Positions 26,308 to 35,219 of a stretch of 64,000 nucleotides of DNA are shown piece by piece (position 1 is the stretch's first letter; every line of letters starts with the position of its first letter). The stretch is taken from assembly GCA_043807425.1 (NCBI GenBank), contig JAZDFZ010000049.1:3611-67610 (forward strand). Reading direction: 5' to 3'. Under the pieces are notes generated by a model. The model was not told the DNA's origin. It saw only the letters and a program-made list of their open reading frames with translations, and searched no databases. This stretch comes from Actinomycetota bacterium (GTDB taxonomy: Bacteria > Actinomycetota > Geothermincolia > Fen-727 > Anoxymicrobiaceae). The position numbers and the translations under genes are program-made.

Positions 26308-27578
26308 CGCTCGACCACCCCCTCCCCGTCTCCGGTTCGGTCCGCCGGCGCCCTGCGCGCCTCGGCCAGGCCGACGAGGCTTGTCCTTGCGCTGTCCAGG
26401 CCGCTGAGGGTCGGCTCCACAGAAACGTCTATCGCGTAGGCCTCGAGGGTCTGCAGGATGTCATCGTCGGTTATCTCTTCCTTCAGCAGGAGCACGTCCA
26501 CGGGGCGCCTCCCGAGGTGGACAGCCAGGTGGACCCCGGTCCCCGGGGCGACCCCGGTTGCCGGGTTGTCTATAACGTCCGGCTTGAAAGCGACGTCGGC
26601 GCCCTCGACCTCTAAGAGACCGATCATGGGGGCGGACTCGAACCCGGAGGCTACGCTTGTCTCGTCGGAGGCGACCGGGACGGCGACGGTGAACGCGTTC
26701 GAGGGCGCGCCGAACTCCACGCTCACCCGGTCGACGTTGGGGATGGCCGCCTTGATCCTAAGCTCCAGTTCACGGGAGATGCCGCCTGCCTGGCTGAGGT
26801 CGTAGGCCGCGGGTTCGACCGTGACGTGGAGGAAGATGAAGCTGCCCGAGTTCCTGCCGTCCACGCTTATGACCTTCCTGATACCGGGATCGACTTCGGC
26901 TACCCCCTTGACCTTCGACAAGACATCGGCGCCGACGGAAGCGTCCAGCAGCACCTTCAGCCCGCCCAGGAATATGTAGACGCCTATGACCCCCAGGAGA
27001 CAGGCCACCAGCAGGCCGGCGATGGCGTCCACCCTGTGGTAGCCGGCGATGTCTATTGCGAGCGCTACCCCGATTACCAGCATGGCAGCCGCGTCCGCGA
27101 ACGAGAAGTACGAGTCCGCCTTGAGGCTCGGGCACCCTTCCGCTCTGGCCACCCGGCGCTTGTAGAGCCCCATTCCTCCCGCGAGAAGAGCCGACGCGAT
27201 AAAGAACGGCAGGGCGCTCTTCGGGTCGCTGGTGAGGACGTGTACCCCGCCGAGGTTCTGTATCGAGATACGGGCCACCTCGTAGGTAAGGACCAGCACT
27301 ATCACGCCCAGTATGGTGGCGACGACGTTCTCCACCTTGTAGAGCCCGTCGGGGAAGCTCTTGCTGTGCCGCCTGGACAGCAGGATGCCCGCGAGGATGA
27401 ACGTCCCCATCACGCCGCGGGACGCCGCGACTATGCCTCCCGCGGTCATCACGACGCTCTGGAGCCACACGCCCCAGACGATGAGGGAGGCGCCGAACAG
27501 GAAGGAGACGACGGCGGCTATCCCCGCCGCGCGCGCACTCCGGGCCAGTGGTTTCTTCGCGGACTCCCGGTCTGCCAT
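26304..27578 (-). CDS. cation diffusion facilitator transporter fused to a C-terminal NifX/NifB-like domain (paralog)
   Basis: Same architecture. Tail FTVAVPVASDETSVASGFESAPMIGLLEVEG...PVDVLLLKEEITDDDILQTLEAYAIDV (nt ~26307-26693). ATG 27578 with a GGAGAG Shine-Dalgarno. 4-nt overlap with the downstream paralog. Confidence 0.75.
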   Translation of the reverse strand: MADRESAKKPLARSARAAGIAAVVSFLFGASLIVWGVWLQSVVMTAGGIVAASRGVMGTFILAGILLSRRHSKSFPDGLYKVENVVATILGVIVLVLTYEVARISIQNLGGVHVLTSDPKSALPFFIASALLAGGMGLYKRRVARAEGCPSLKADSYFSFADAAAMLVIGVALAIDIAGYHRVDAIAGLLVACLLGVIGVYIFLGGLKVLLDASVGADVLSKVKGVAEVDPGIRKVISVDGRNSGSFIFLHVTVEPAAYDLSQAGGISRELELRIKAAIPNVDRVSVEFGAPSNAFTVAVPVASDETSVASGFESAPMIGLLEVEGADVAFKPDVIDNPATGVAPGTGVHLAVHLGRRPVDVLLLKEEITDDDILQTLEAYAIDVSVEPTLSGLDSARTSLVGLAEARRAPADRTGDGEGVVER

Positions 27579-27600
27579 GCGGTCTCTCCGTTCTTCAGGC

Positions 27601-28287
27601 TCAGGCGGCTTCCGGCGTGGCGCCGTTGGTCTTGCCGGCCTTCCTCCTGAACACCAGTCGCTCGAGCAGTGGTATGAGGAAGAGCAGGATCCAGGAAAAC
27701 TGCGCGGCAGCCGCACTCACAAAAGAGATGCCGATCGAGATGATGAAGACGGCGGACATCAGGAACGAGTTCCTCTCGAACTCGGCTGCGCGTCTCAGGT
27801 CGAACTCGTCGTCCACCAGCCTGTGGCCACGCGTGGCATAGAGCCCCATGAGGCCCTGCAGAAGCGCGGCTCCGGCCATCACGGAGGCGTACAACACCGT
27901 GGAGACCGTCGTTTCACCGAAGAGGGCGAGCAGGTTGGTGGGATACGGAATGAAGCATATCAGGAGGAGGTAGAAGATGTTGAGCCAGAGCACCGGTTTA
28001 TCCACCCTCTGGATGGCGGTGAAGAGTAAGTGGTGGGAGAGCCAGAACATCGCGATGATCAGGAAGCTGAGGATGTAGGCGAAGAAGTGCGGCCACAGCT
28101 CCGCGAGCCCGTGCGCGAGCTTGGACTCCGTCACCGATCCTCTGAAAGCCGGCACCGCTATCGAGAGGACCAGCAGGGTTATGGCGATAGCGAACACGCC
28201 ATCGCTGAACGCATTGACCCTTTCCACGGTGAAGCCCATTGCGCCGGATTTCGGCGCCTCCTTCTTCTCCCCGGGTGTGTCGACCAA
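27601..28287 (-). CDS. TMEM175 (DUF1211) family potassium-channel-like protein
   Basis: ERVNAFSDGVFAIAITLLVL signature and six hydrophobic helices. Confidence 0.8.
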   Translation of the reverse strand: MVDTPGEKKEAPKSGAMGFTVERVNAFSDGVFAIAITLLVLSIAVPAFRGSVTESKLAHGLAELWPHFFAYILSFLIIAMFWLSHHLLFTAIQRVDKPVLWLNIFYLLLICFIPYPTNLLALFGETTVSTVLYASVMAGAALLQGLMGLYATRGHRLVDDEFDLRRAAEFERNSFLMSAVFIISIGISFVSAAAAQFSWILLFLIPLLERLVFRRKAGKTNGATPEAA

Positions 28288-28380
28288 TGGTGCTCCTTAG
28301 AGACGGTTCAGCAGGTTTCGAGCGCCGTACATTCTACAGCACACCTCTCATGAGTCCAGCGTTAGCCACCTCGAAGCACA

Positions 28381-28391
28381 TGTTATAGAAT
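28381..28391 (+). promoter_or_regulatory. candidate extended -10 element
   Basis: TGTTATAGAAT is AT-rich in a GC-rich spacer, 48 nt upstream of ATG 28439. Confidence 0.3.
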
Positions 28392-28438
28392 ACTTGCCGG
28401 TTCCTGGTCCTGGGACTTACCACGCGGGGGGTCGGCCG

Positions 28439-29665
28439 ATGAGGGCGATACAGTATCGCTTCAGCATGCCGAGGTACGGATATCTCAAGGTCGCCGGCCG
28501 CCTTCGCCCCTCCGAGTTCTACGGCCCGCGTTCGATCGTCAGCCTGGTGGATATCCCGGAGCCCGTCCTGCGCGGCCCGAAGTGGGTCAAATTGCGCTCG
28601 ATCCTCTCGGGTTTTTGCGGCAGCGACCTGGGGGCGATCCTCCTTCACGACAGCCCGACCACCGAGCCGTTCGCCGCGTTCCCGTTCACCCTGGGACACG
28701 AGAACTGCTCCATCGTCGAGGAGGTCGGAAGCGCCGTCACCAGGTTGAAGCAGGGTGACAGGGTGACCGTCCTGCCGCCGCTCGGCTGCGAAGCGCGCGA
28801 GATCGACCCGCCGTGCCCGTCCTGCGCCCGTGGAGAGGTCGGACTCTGCCAGAACTTCGCCGAGGGAGCCTTGCGACCAGGGATAGACGTCGGGTTCTCG
28901 GCGGACACCGGCGGAGGATGGAGCAAGTACTACCAGGTCCCTGAATGCAACGTGGTCCGGGTGCCAGAGTCGTTCAGCGACGTCCAGGTCACCCTGATCG
29001 AGTCCCTGTGCTCCTCGCTGCACCAGGTGATGCGCGTACGACCGCAGGACGGCCAGCGCGTCCTCGTGGTCGGCTGCGGCGTGATAGGTCTGGGTGTGAT
29101 CGCTTCGATCCGCGCGCTGGACATAGACTGCCACATCACGGGGGTCGAGCCGCACCCGCTCAACCAGGGCAAGGCCCGGGAGAAGGGCGCGGATGAGATC
29201 ATCGATCCATGCCGCGAGTCCATCTACGAACGGACGGTCGAGATAACCGGCGCGCACCTGTACAAGCCGACCCTGGAGAAGCCCATCTGCATGGGGGGGT
29301 TCGACGTCATATTCGACTGCGTGGGGTCCACCGACACCATCAACACCTCGCTGCGGGTGGCGGCCAGCATGGGCCGGTACGCGCTAATCGGCATCACGAT
29401 ACCGAAGAAGATCGACTGGGCGCCGGTATGGATGAAGGGCCTGACCATCGTGGGGTGCCACGCGGAGGGCGTCGACGAGTACAAGGGCACGCTGATGGGC
29501 ACCTTCGACGTTGCGATCGACCTGATAGCGGAGGGCAAGGTCGACTTGAGCGACCTTGTAACGCACACCTTCACCCTCGACGAGTACGTGGAGGCCATCA
29601 AGGTCAACATGGACAAGGCTTCACACGGGGCGATCAAGACTCTCTTCGACTTGACGGGCGAATGA
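28439..29665 (+). CDS. zinc-dependent medium-chain dehydrogenase/reductase (alcohol dehydrogenase family)
   Basis: SGFCGSDL...GHENCSIVEEVGS...VLVVGCGVIGLGVI. Start set at ATG 28439. Confidence 0.8.
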   Translation: MRAIQYRFSMPRYGYLKVAGRLRPSEFYGPRSIVSLVDIPEPVLRGPKWVKLRSILSGFCGSDLGAILLHDSPTTEPFAAFPFTLGHENCSIVEEVGSAVTRLKQGDRVTVLPPLGCEAREIDPPCPSCARGEVGLCQNFAEGALRPGIDVGFSADTGGGWSKYYQVPECNVVRVPESFSDVQVTLIESLCSSLHQVMRVRPQDGQRVLVVGCGVIGLGVIASIRALDIDCHITGVEPHPLNQGKAREKGADEIIDPCRESIYERTVEITGAHLYKPTLEKPICMGGFDVIFDCVGSTDTINTSLRVAASMGRYALIGITIPKKIDWAPVWMKGLTIVGCHAEGVDEYKGTLMGTFDVAIDLIAEGKVDLSDLVTHTFTLDEYVEAIKVNMDKASHGAIKTLFDLTGE

Positions 29666-29688
29666 ACTGACAAGGTGTCAAGATGACA

Positions 29689-29803
29689 GCGTCAGACAAT
29701 GTGGCTGCGTCTCCTAAGCGCCAGACAAGTGGGGTCAGACACTTGATTGCATTCATGTGCGCCGGTCGCGTAGCGGTGATAATGCAATAAATTGTCTGAC
29801 GCC
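29689..29803. repeat. compound GTCAGAC-core element with 23-bp imperfect terminal inverted repeats
   Basis: GGGGTCAGACACTTGATTGCATT (29731-29753) versus the reverse complement of AATGCAATAAATTGTCTGACGCC (29781-29803) gives 20/23 matches. There is an extra half-site, GCGTCAGACAAT, at 29689-29700. Confidence 0.85.
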
Positions 29804-29849
29804 TCGGTGACCGAATGCACGCTTGCAGAGACAAGGAGGATCAAGAAAA

Positions 29850-31586
29850 ATGGCCGCCATCAACGGAGGAGAGCTGCTCGTAAAGTGCCTGCTGAACGAA
29901 GGGGTGACCAGGGTGTTCGGCATCCCCGGGGGCCAGCTCACCACCTTCATAGACGCGATAGTCAGGGTGGGGCGGCCCGGCGGGCTCGAGTGGGTGCTGG
30001 TGCGCCACGAGGCGTCCGCGGCCAACATGGCCGACGCCTGGATGAGGGTTACCGGTGACCTCGCCGTCTGCACAGGGACGATCGGGCCCGGAGCGTCGAA
30101 CATGGTGGCGGGCATGGAGGTCGCGAACTCGGACAACATACCCATGCTGGCTATCACTCCCCAGATACACAGCAATCGCTCCTACCCGTTCAAGGGCTCC
30201 CAGCAACAGCTCGACCAGATGACCCTCTACAGCGCCGTGACCAAGTGGAACGCACTGGTGAACCGCTGGGACCGCATCCCGGAGATGGTCTCCATGGCCG
30301 TGCGGGAGGCGTTCAGCGGGAAGCCCGGCCCGGTTCACCTGGATATCCCGGTAGACGTCCTGTTCGAGACTCACGAGGAGAGCGAGGCGGTCATCATCCC
30401 GCCCGCCCGGGCACGTGGCGGCGGGAGGCCGAACGGCGACCCGGCCCTCGTGGAGGAAGCCGCGAAGATGCTTGCGGGTGCCGAGCGACCGATCATTCAC
30501 GCCGGGGCGGGCGTCTTCCGCAGCGAGGCCTGGGAGGAGTTGAAGGCCCTGGCCGAGTACCTGTACTGCCCGGTGGTGCCCACGGCGCACGCGCGCGGGG
30601 TGGTCTCCGAGGGCGACCCGCTGGGCCTGATGCCGGTGGGGGCGGGCGCGCTCGGGGCGATGATGCAGGCGGACGCGGTCCTGGCCGTCGGTTGTACCTT
30701 CTCCGAGCTGGACTTCTGGGGAAAGCCCCCGTTCTGGGCGACACCGGACGTCCAGAAGGTCATCCAGGTAGACATCGACGGGAGCCGGATCGCCCTGAAC
30801 CGCGACGTGGACGTCGGCATAGTCGGTGACGCGAAGGCGGTCCTGGGGCAGTTGCTCGAGGCACTCTCGAGCGGCCTGGCCTCCGCACGCGACTCGCGGG
30901 AGTTCACCGCCGCGATCCAGGCGGCCGAGCAGGGGGCGGCCGACGGCATCGAGGCGCTGGCTTCCAGCGACCAGGTCCCCATCCACCCCTTGCGCCTGGT
31001 CAAGGAGGCGCGCGACTTCTTCGGTGAGGACGCGATCCTGTCACTGGACGGCGGGAACATCGGCCTCTGGTCGGCCATGGTGTCACGGGTCTACAGGCCG
31101 CGCTCGTTCCTGTGGCCGGGCGGCTCGGGGCACCTGGGCACCGGGCTCCCGTTCGCCATCGGGGCGAAGCTCGCCGCGCCGGACCGCCCCGTGTACATCC
31201 TGCACGGGGACGGGGCGTTCATGTTCTCGGTGATGGAGCTGGAGTCTGCGGTCCGCCTGAACGCGCCGGTGATAGACATAATAGGCAATGACCGCTCGTT
31301 CGGCATGATAAAGGGTGCCCAGGACTTCGCCTTCGAGAAGCGCTACTGCGGGGTCGACTTCACCGACGTCCGCCTCGACAGGATAGCCGAGGCGATGGGG
31401 TGCTTCGGCATCAGGGTCGAGGAGCCCGCCGATATCAAGCCCGCCCTCGACAAGGCCGTCGCTTCAGGGAAGCCCGCGGTGCTGGACGTTGTCCTGGACT
31501 GCTCGGCGAACCTGATCCCGCCGACGCTGCAGCTCATCTGCTCGGTGTGGCTCTCCGGCTGCGAGGGAATCGCGATGCCCTTCTGA
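29850..31586 (+). CDS. thiamine-pyrophosphate-dependent enzyme (acetolactate synthase large-subunit-like)
   Basis: GGELLVKCLLNEGVTRVFGIPGG...GPGASNMVAGM...GSGHLGTGLPFAIGAK...GDGAFMF. AAGGAGGA Shine-Dalgarno before ATG 29850. Confidence 0.85.
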   Translation: MAAINGGELLVKCLLNEGVTRVFGIPGGQLTTFIDAIVRVGRPGGLEWVLVRHEASAANMADAWMRVTGDLAVCTGTIGPGASNMVAGMEVANSDNIPMLAITPQIHSNRSYPFKGSQQQLDQMTLYSAVTKWNALVNRWDRIPEMVSMAVREAFSGKPGPVHLDIPVDVLFETHEESEAVIIPPARARGGGRPNGDPALVEEAAKMLAGAERPIIHAGAGVFRSEAWEELKALAEYLYCPVVPTAHARGVVSEGDPLGLMPVGAGALGAMMQADAVLAVGCTFSELDFWGKPPFWATPDVQKVIQVDIDGSRIALNRDVDVGIVGDAKAVLGQLLEALSSGLASARDSREFTAAIQAAEQGAADGIEALASSDQVPIHPLRLVKEARDFFGEDAILSLDGGNIGLWSAMVSRVYRPRSFLWPGGSGHLGTGLPFAIGAKLAAPDRPVYILHGDGAFMFSVMELESAVRLNAPVIDIIGNDRSFGMIKGAQDFAFEKRYCGVDFTDVRLDRIAEAMGCFGIRVEEPADIKPALDKAVASGKPAVLDVVLDCSANLIPPTLQLICSVWLSGCEGIAMPF

Positions 31587-31605
31587 GCAGCAAATGCTGC
31601 AGAAG

Positions 31606-31636
31606 TGTAGCAAAAGGGTCAGGCACTTTTGCTACA
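31606..31636. repeat. GTCAGGC-core hairpin element
   Basis: TGTAGCAAAAG-GGTCAGGCA-CTTTTGCTACA, with perfect 11-bp arms. Confidence 0.85.
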
Positions 31637-31775
31637 GTCCGTGGAACAAACCTGGAATAAACCTTAGACCACTTTTCCATCATGTGTGGTTACAGCCCAC
31701 GTCTTTCCCTTCGGGAGAATGGGGCACTTTGATATTATAGTCGCGCCTTATCCGGCACACGAAAGGAAGCGCGAT

Positions 31776-33449
31776 ATGAAGTCCAGCGAGATAGAGACCC
31801 GGTGGTGGGGCTGGGGCGACGTGGACAAGACATATCCGGTGGAGGAACGGCCGAACTACATCCCGTTCCTCGAGGAGAAGCTGGGTATCAAGGTGGACAA
31901 GGTCCGGGAGCCGGATCCGAAGCTGGAGGACCTCCAGATCCGCGAGCCTCGAATATCCAAGACCGTGGCGAACAAGCTCGCCAGGGTAGTCGGCAAGGAC
32001 AACGTGGCAATGGACAGGAAGGCGCGCGTCTATCACGCCCTCGGAAAGAGCCACAGGGACGTCATCAGGGCGCACCGGGGCGAAATCCCGAACCCGCCCG
32101 ACGTCGTGGTATATCCCGGGAGCGAGGAGGAGGTCGTCAAGCTGCTCGCGATCGCCGAGAAGGAGTCGCTGGCCGTGACCCCCTTCTGCGGAGGCTCCAG
32201 CGTGGTGGGCGGGGTGGAGCCCCTGGACGCCGAGGGGTTCGCCGGGACCATCTCCGTGGACCTGCGCCGCATGGACAGCGTCCTGCGCGTCGACGCGGAA
32301 AGCCGCACCGCCCGGTTCGAGGCGGGCATCTGGGGCCCTGAGCTGGAGGCGGAGCTGGCTCGAATGGGCCTGTATATGGGCCATGCCCCAGAGTCGTTCC
32401 TGTTCAGTGGGCTGGGAGGCTGGATAGCCAGCCGCGGTGCCGGGCGGCAGTCGACCGGGTACGGGAAGATAGAGGAGATGCTCGAGTCCGTGCGCATGGT
32501 GACCCCGCGCGGCGTCATAGAGACGCGCGACGTTCCCGCCTCGGCCACCGGCCCCGACCTCAACCGCGTGATATGCGGCTCGGAGGGCACCCTGGGGATA
32601 ATCACCGAGGCCACCATGAAGGTCCGGCCGCTCCCTGAGGTGTACGACTACCGCGGCCTGCTCTTCAAGACCTTCGAGGGCGGGGTGCAGGCGGTCCGTG
32701 AGATGCTGCAGGGCGGGAGCCGGCCGGAGACCATACGCATCTCGGACGCCGAGGAGAGCTCGTTCGCCATGGTGGTGCGAAAGCCGTCGAGCAACCCCAC
32801 CAAGGAGAAGGGGCTGCAGGTTGCCATCAAGGCGCTGGACGCGCTGGGTTACTCGTTCGAGCGGGGGGCTTTCGCAATACTCGGGGTGGAGGGCGAGAGG
32901 TCCGAGGCCGAGGGCCGCATGCGCCGCATCCAGTCCATATGCCGGAAGAACGGGGCCATCCCGCTGGGAAAGTCGGCCGGGATGGAGTGGTACGAGGGTC
33001 GCTACAACCACCCCTACCTGCGAGACATCATGCTGGGGTGGGGCGTCCTGACCGACACCCTGGAGACCTCGACGACCTGGGACAACATCATGCCCCTCTA
33101 CCACGCGGTCAAGGACGCGATCCGCAAGGCGCTCGCGGACTACGACTCGAAGTCGATAGTCACCTGCCACCTCTCGCACTCGTACGTGACGGGCTCGAGC
33201 CTGTACTTTATCTTCCTGGGGCGGCTCGCCGAGGGGCGCGAGATCGAGCAGTGGGTGCACCTCAAGGAGATGGCGGGGGAGGCCATCCTCGCTAACGGTG
33301 GCACCATCACCCACCACCACGGGGTCGGCTACGAGCACGCTCCGTGGTTCGAGCGTGAGTACGGGCCGCAGGGGATGGAGGCTCTGAAGGGGCTGAAGAA
33401 CGCGCTGGACCCGGCCGGCATCATGAACCCGGGCAAGCTCGGGCTATAG
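31776..33449 (+). CDS. FAD-linked oxidase, alkyl-dihydroxyacetonephosphate-synthase (AGPS)-like
   Basis: N-terminal RWWGWGDVDKTYP, FAD_binding_4-type PDVVVYPGSEEEVVKLL...TPFCGGSSVVGG, C-terminal GGTITHHHGVG. Confidence 0.75.
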   Translation: MKSSEIETRWWGWGDVDKTYPVEERPNYIPFLEEKLGIKVDKVREPDPKLEDLQIREPRISKTVANKLARVVGKDNVAMDRKARVYHALGKSHRDVIRAHRGEIPNPPDVVVYPGSEEEVVKLLAIAEKESLAVTPFCGGSSVVGGVEPLDAEGFAGTISVDLRRMDSVLRVDAESRTARFEAGIWGPELEAELARMGLYMGHAPESFLFSGLGGWIASRGAGRQSTGYGKIEEMLESVRMVTPRGVIETRDVPASATGPDLNRVICGSEGTLGIITEATMKVRPLPEVYDYRGLLFKTFEGGVQAVREMLQGGSRPETIRISDAEESSFAMVVRKPSSNPTKEKGLQVAIKALDALGYSFERGAFAILGVEGERSEAEGRMRRIQSICRKNGAIPLGKSAGMEWYEGRYNHPYLRDIMLGWGVLTDTLETSTTWDNIMPLYHAVKDAIRKALADYDSKSIVTCHLSHSYVTGSSLYFIFLGRLAEGREIEQWVHLKEMAGEAILANGGTITHHHGVGYEHAPWFEREYGPQGMEALKGLKNALDPAGIMNPGKLGL

Positions 33450-33455
33450 CAACCG

Positions 33456-33794
33456 TCAAAGATCGAGTATCGCCCTCACCCAATCCTCGGTTTTTCCGAG
33501 TGTCTCGGGGGAGACCGCTCCGAGACGCCTGATCAGGCGCTTCCGGGAGATACATCTAACCTGCTCGCAGATGACGAAGCTCTTGTGCTTGAGACCGCCT
33601 TCGGGGGGCTGGACCGGGACACGTGCGACGATACCGCGATCGCGTGTTGTAAGGGGTATGGTCACAACCAGCCCGCCAAGGCTCCGGTTCCATTCATCTT
33701 CAGAGACGATCAATACAGGTCTTGCGCCCGCCTGTTCCCTCCCGACCGTAGAGCCCAGATCCGCGAACCACACCTCACCCCTGGAAATAATCAC
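33456..33794 (-). CDS. mazF: type II toxin, PemK/MazF family endoribonuclease
   Basis: RGEVWFADLGSTVGREQAGARPVLIVS...IPLTT...ICEQVRCISRKRL. Confidence 0.9.
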   Translation of the reverse strand: MIISRGEVWFADLGSTVGREQAGARPVLIVSEDEWNRSLGGLVVTIPLTTRDRGIVARVPVQPPEGGLKHKSFVICEQVRCISRKRLIRRLGAVSPETLGKTEDWVRAILDL

Positions 33795-34056
33795 TGAAAT
33801 CCTCTTCCTCCAGCCCGTCCATCAAGGTCGAGTCCCACTCACGGACCTCCCGCTGGTAGTCCTCCCATTCCGCGGGGTTCTCACGCAGGCGTGCGAATGA
33901 ATCGCACAGCTCCTGGATCATCCTCTTCCGCCGGTATTTCTCCACCGCTTCGGCCACGATCTCGATCTGGGAAGCGCCGGTGCTGGCTGCAAGCTCTTCT
34001 ATGGTCTTCTTGGTCCTGCCGGTAACCCTTATCGTCGTGGATCTCTTTTCCGCCAT
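33775..34056 (-). CDS. cognate antitoxin, ribbon-helix-helix type
   Basis: ATG 34056 with a GAGGTGA Shine-Dalgarno. KRSTTIRVTGRTKKTIEELAASTG... 20-nt overlap with the toxin gene. Confidence 0.65.
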   Translation of the reverse strand: MAEKRSTTIRVTGRTKKTIEELAASTGASQIEIVAEAVEKYRRKRMIQELCDSFARLRENPAEWEDYQREVREWDSTLMDGLEEEDFSDYFQG

Positions 34057-34078
34057 CTCGATCACCTCGATTACGTGT

Positions 34079-34114
34079 GTTAACAAATATGTTAACAGAT
34101 TTATTAACAGAATT
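34079..34114 (-). promoter_or_regulatory. three tandem 12-bp GTTAACA repeats, probable mazEF operator/promoter
   Basis: GTTAACAAATAT GTTAACAGATTT ATTAACAGAATT, starting 23 nt upstream of the antitoxin ATG. Strikingly AT-rich. Confidence 0.5.
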
Positions 34115-34145
34115 GCAGTCGCCAACGGGTGGATTTCGTGCCCTG

Positions 34146-35219
34146 TCAGGCGCCCGGCACGGTGTTCTTCACGCTCTCCCAGATCTCGGTAAGGTTGTCC
34201 GGCGTGAGGGGCCGGATCCCGGCCTCGACCTGCCTGACCATTTCCACGATCGCCCGGTTGACCGGGGTGGGGACCCCCACCTCGGCCCCCTTGTCGACGA
34301 TGAAGCCGTTCAGGTAGTCGATCTCGGTCCTGCGCCCTCGCTCGATGTCCTGCAGCATGGAAGATTTCATCCTGCCGAACATCTCGGGGGCACCCAAAGC
34401 GTCCAGCATCGGCAGCACGCGCTCGGCGTCCTCCCGGCTGCGCACCGTGATCAACTCGGGGTCCATGACCCCCAGCAGCTTCACCATATCGATACCCTGC
34501 GCCCTGGCCACGTCGTAGGACTCGGTGTAGAGGGCGCCCAGCAGCTTCTTGTTGGTCTCGTCGACAACGAACTCACCGAAGAGCTGACCGGAGAGGGCGC
34601 CGAACGAGTTGGTGCACACGTTTATCATCAGCTTGCTCCACAGGTGGCCCCGGATGTTATCGGTGACCTCGGTCACGTCCACCAGGGCCAGCAGTCTTCC
34701 GACCTCCATCACCCGGTCGGTGATCCGACCGTCCAGCTCGCCGACCACGTACCCGTTGGGGCCGGTCTTGTTGACCAGGCCCGGTCCCTCGAGGGTGGCG
34801 GGGTAGTGTGTGCTCGCGCCGATGGTCCGCTCGGCCCCGATGAGGTCCGCGATGTGCTCCTCGTTGATGCCGTTCTGCAGCGAGACGACCGGCGTCCGTC
34901 CCGTGGTGTGGGGCCCGAGCAGCCGTAGCGCCTCGTCCGTGTCAACGCCTTTGACCGCGAGGAACACCAGGTCGAACTCACCGGAGAGCTCCGCCGGGGC
35001 CACGGCGGGGACCCTGACGAGATGCTCACCCAGCTCGCCGATGATCCTCAGGCCGTTGCTGTTGATGGCATCCACATGCTCGGCGAAGGTATCGACCAGG
35101 GTGACGTCCTCACCCGCAAGGGCCATCATGCCGCCGGTGATACCGCCGATGGCTCCCGCCCCCAGGATCGCTATCCGCACAGTGCCCGCCTGCTCAACGC
35201 GAGTCGCCGGCAAGCGCAT
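34146..35219 (-). CDS. panE: 2-dehydropantoate 2-reductase (ketopantoate reductase) family
   Basis: VRIAILGAGAIGGITGGMMALAG Rossmann motif and an ApbA/PanE-like C-terminal half. Confidence 0.75.
   Translation of the reverse strand: MRLPATRVEQAGTVRIAILGAGAIGGITGGMMALAGEDVTLVDTFAEHVDAINSNGLRIIGELGEHLVRVPAVAPAELSGEFDLVFLAVKGVDTDEALRLLGPHTTGRTPVVSLQNGINEEHIADLIGAERTIGASTHYPATLEGPGLVNKTGPNGYVVGELDGRITDRVMEVGRLLALVDVTEVTDNIRGHLWSKLMINVCTNSFGALSGQLFGEFVVDETNKKLLGALYTESYDVARAQGIDMVKLLGVMDPELITVRSREDAERVLPMLDALGAPEMFGRMKSSMLQDIERGRRTEIDYLNGFIVDKGAEVGVPTPVNRAIVEMVRQVEAGIRPLTPDNLTEIWESVKNTVPGA

Noticed and set aside
31617-31636. The GGCAC in the element cores followed by a GC (e.g. GGCACTTTTGCTA) resembled a sigma-54 -24/-12 promoter.
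   Set aside because: The GG-to-GC spacing is 9 nt here, against the 12 nt of TGGCAC-N5-TTGC. The other core copies lack a GC at the right distance.
31680-33338. 552-aa minus-strand ORF opposite the AGPS-like gene.
   Set aside because: It is antisense to a well-supported FAD-oxidase gene and has a low-complexity Arg/Gly/Pro/His-rich composition.
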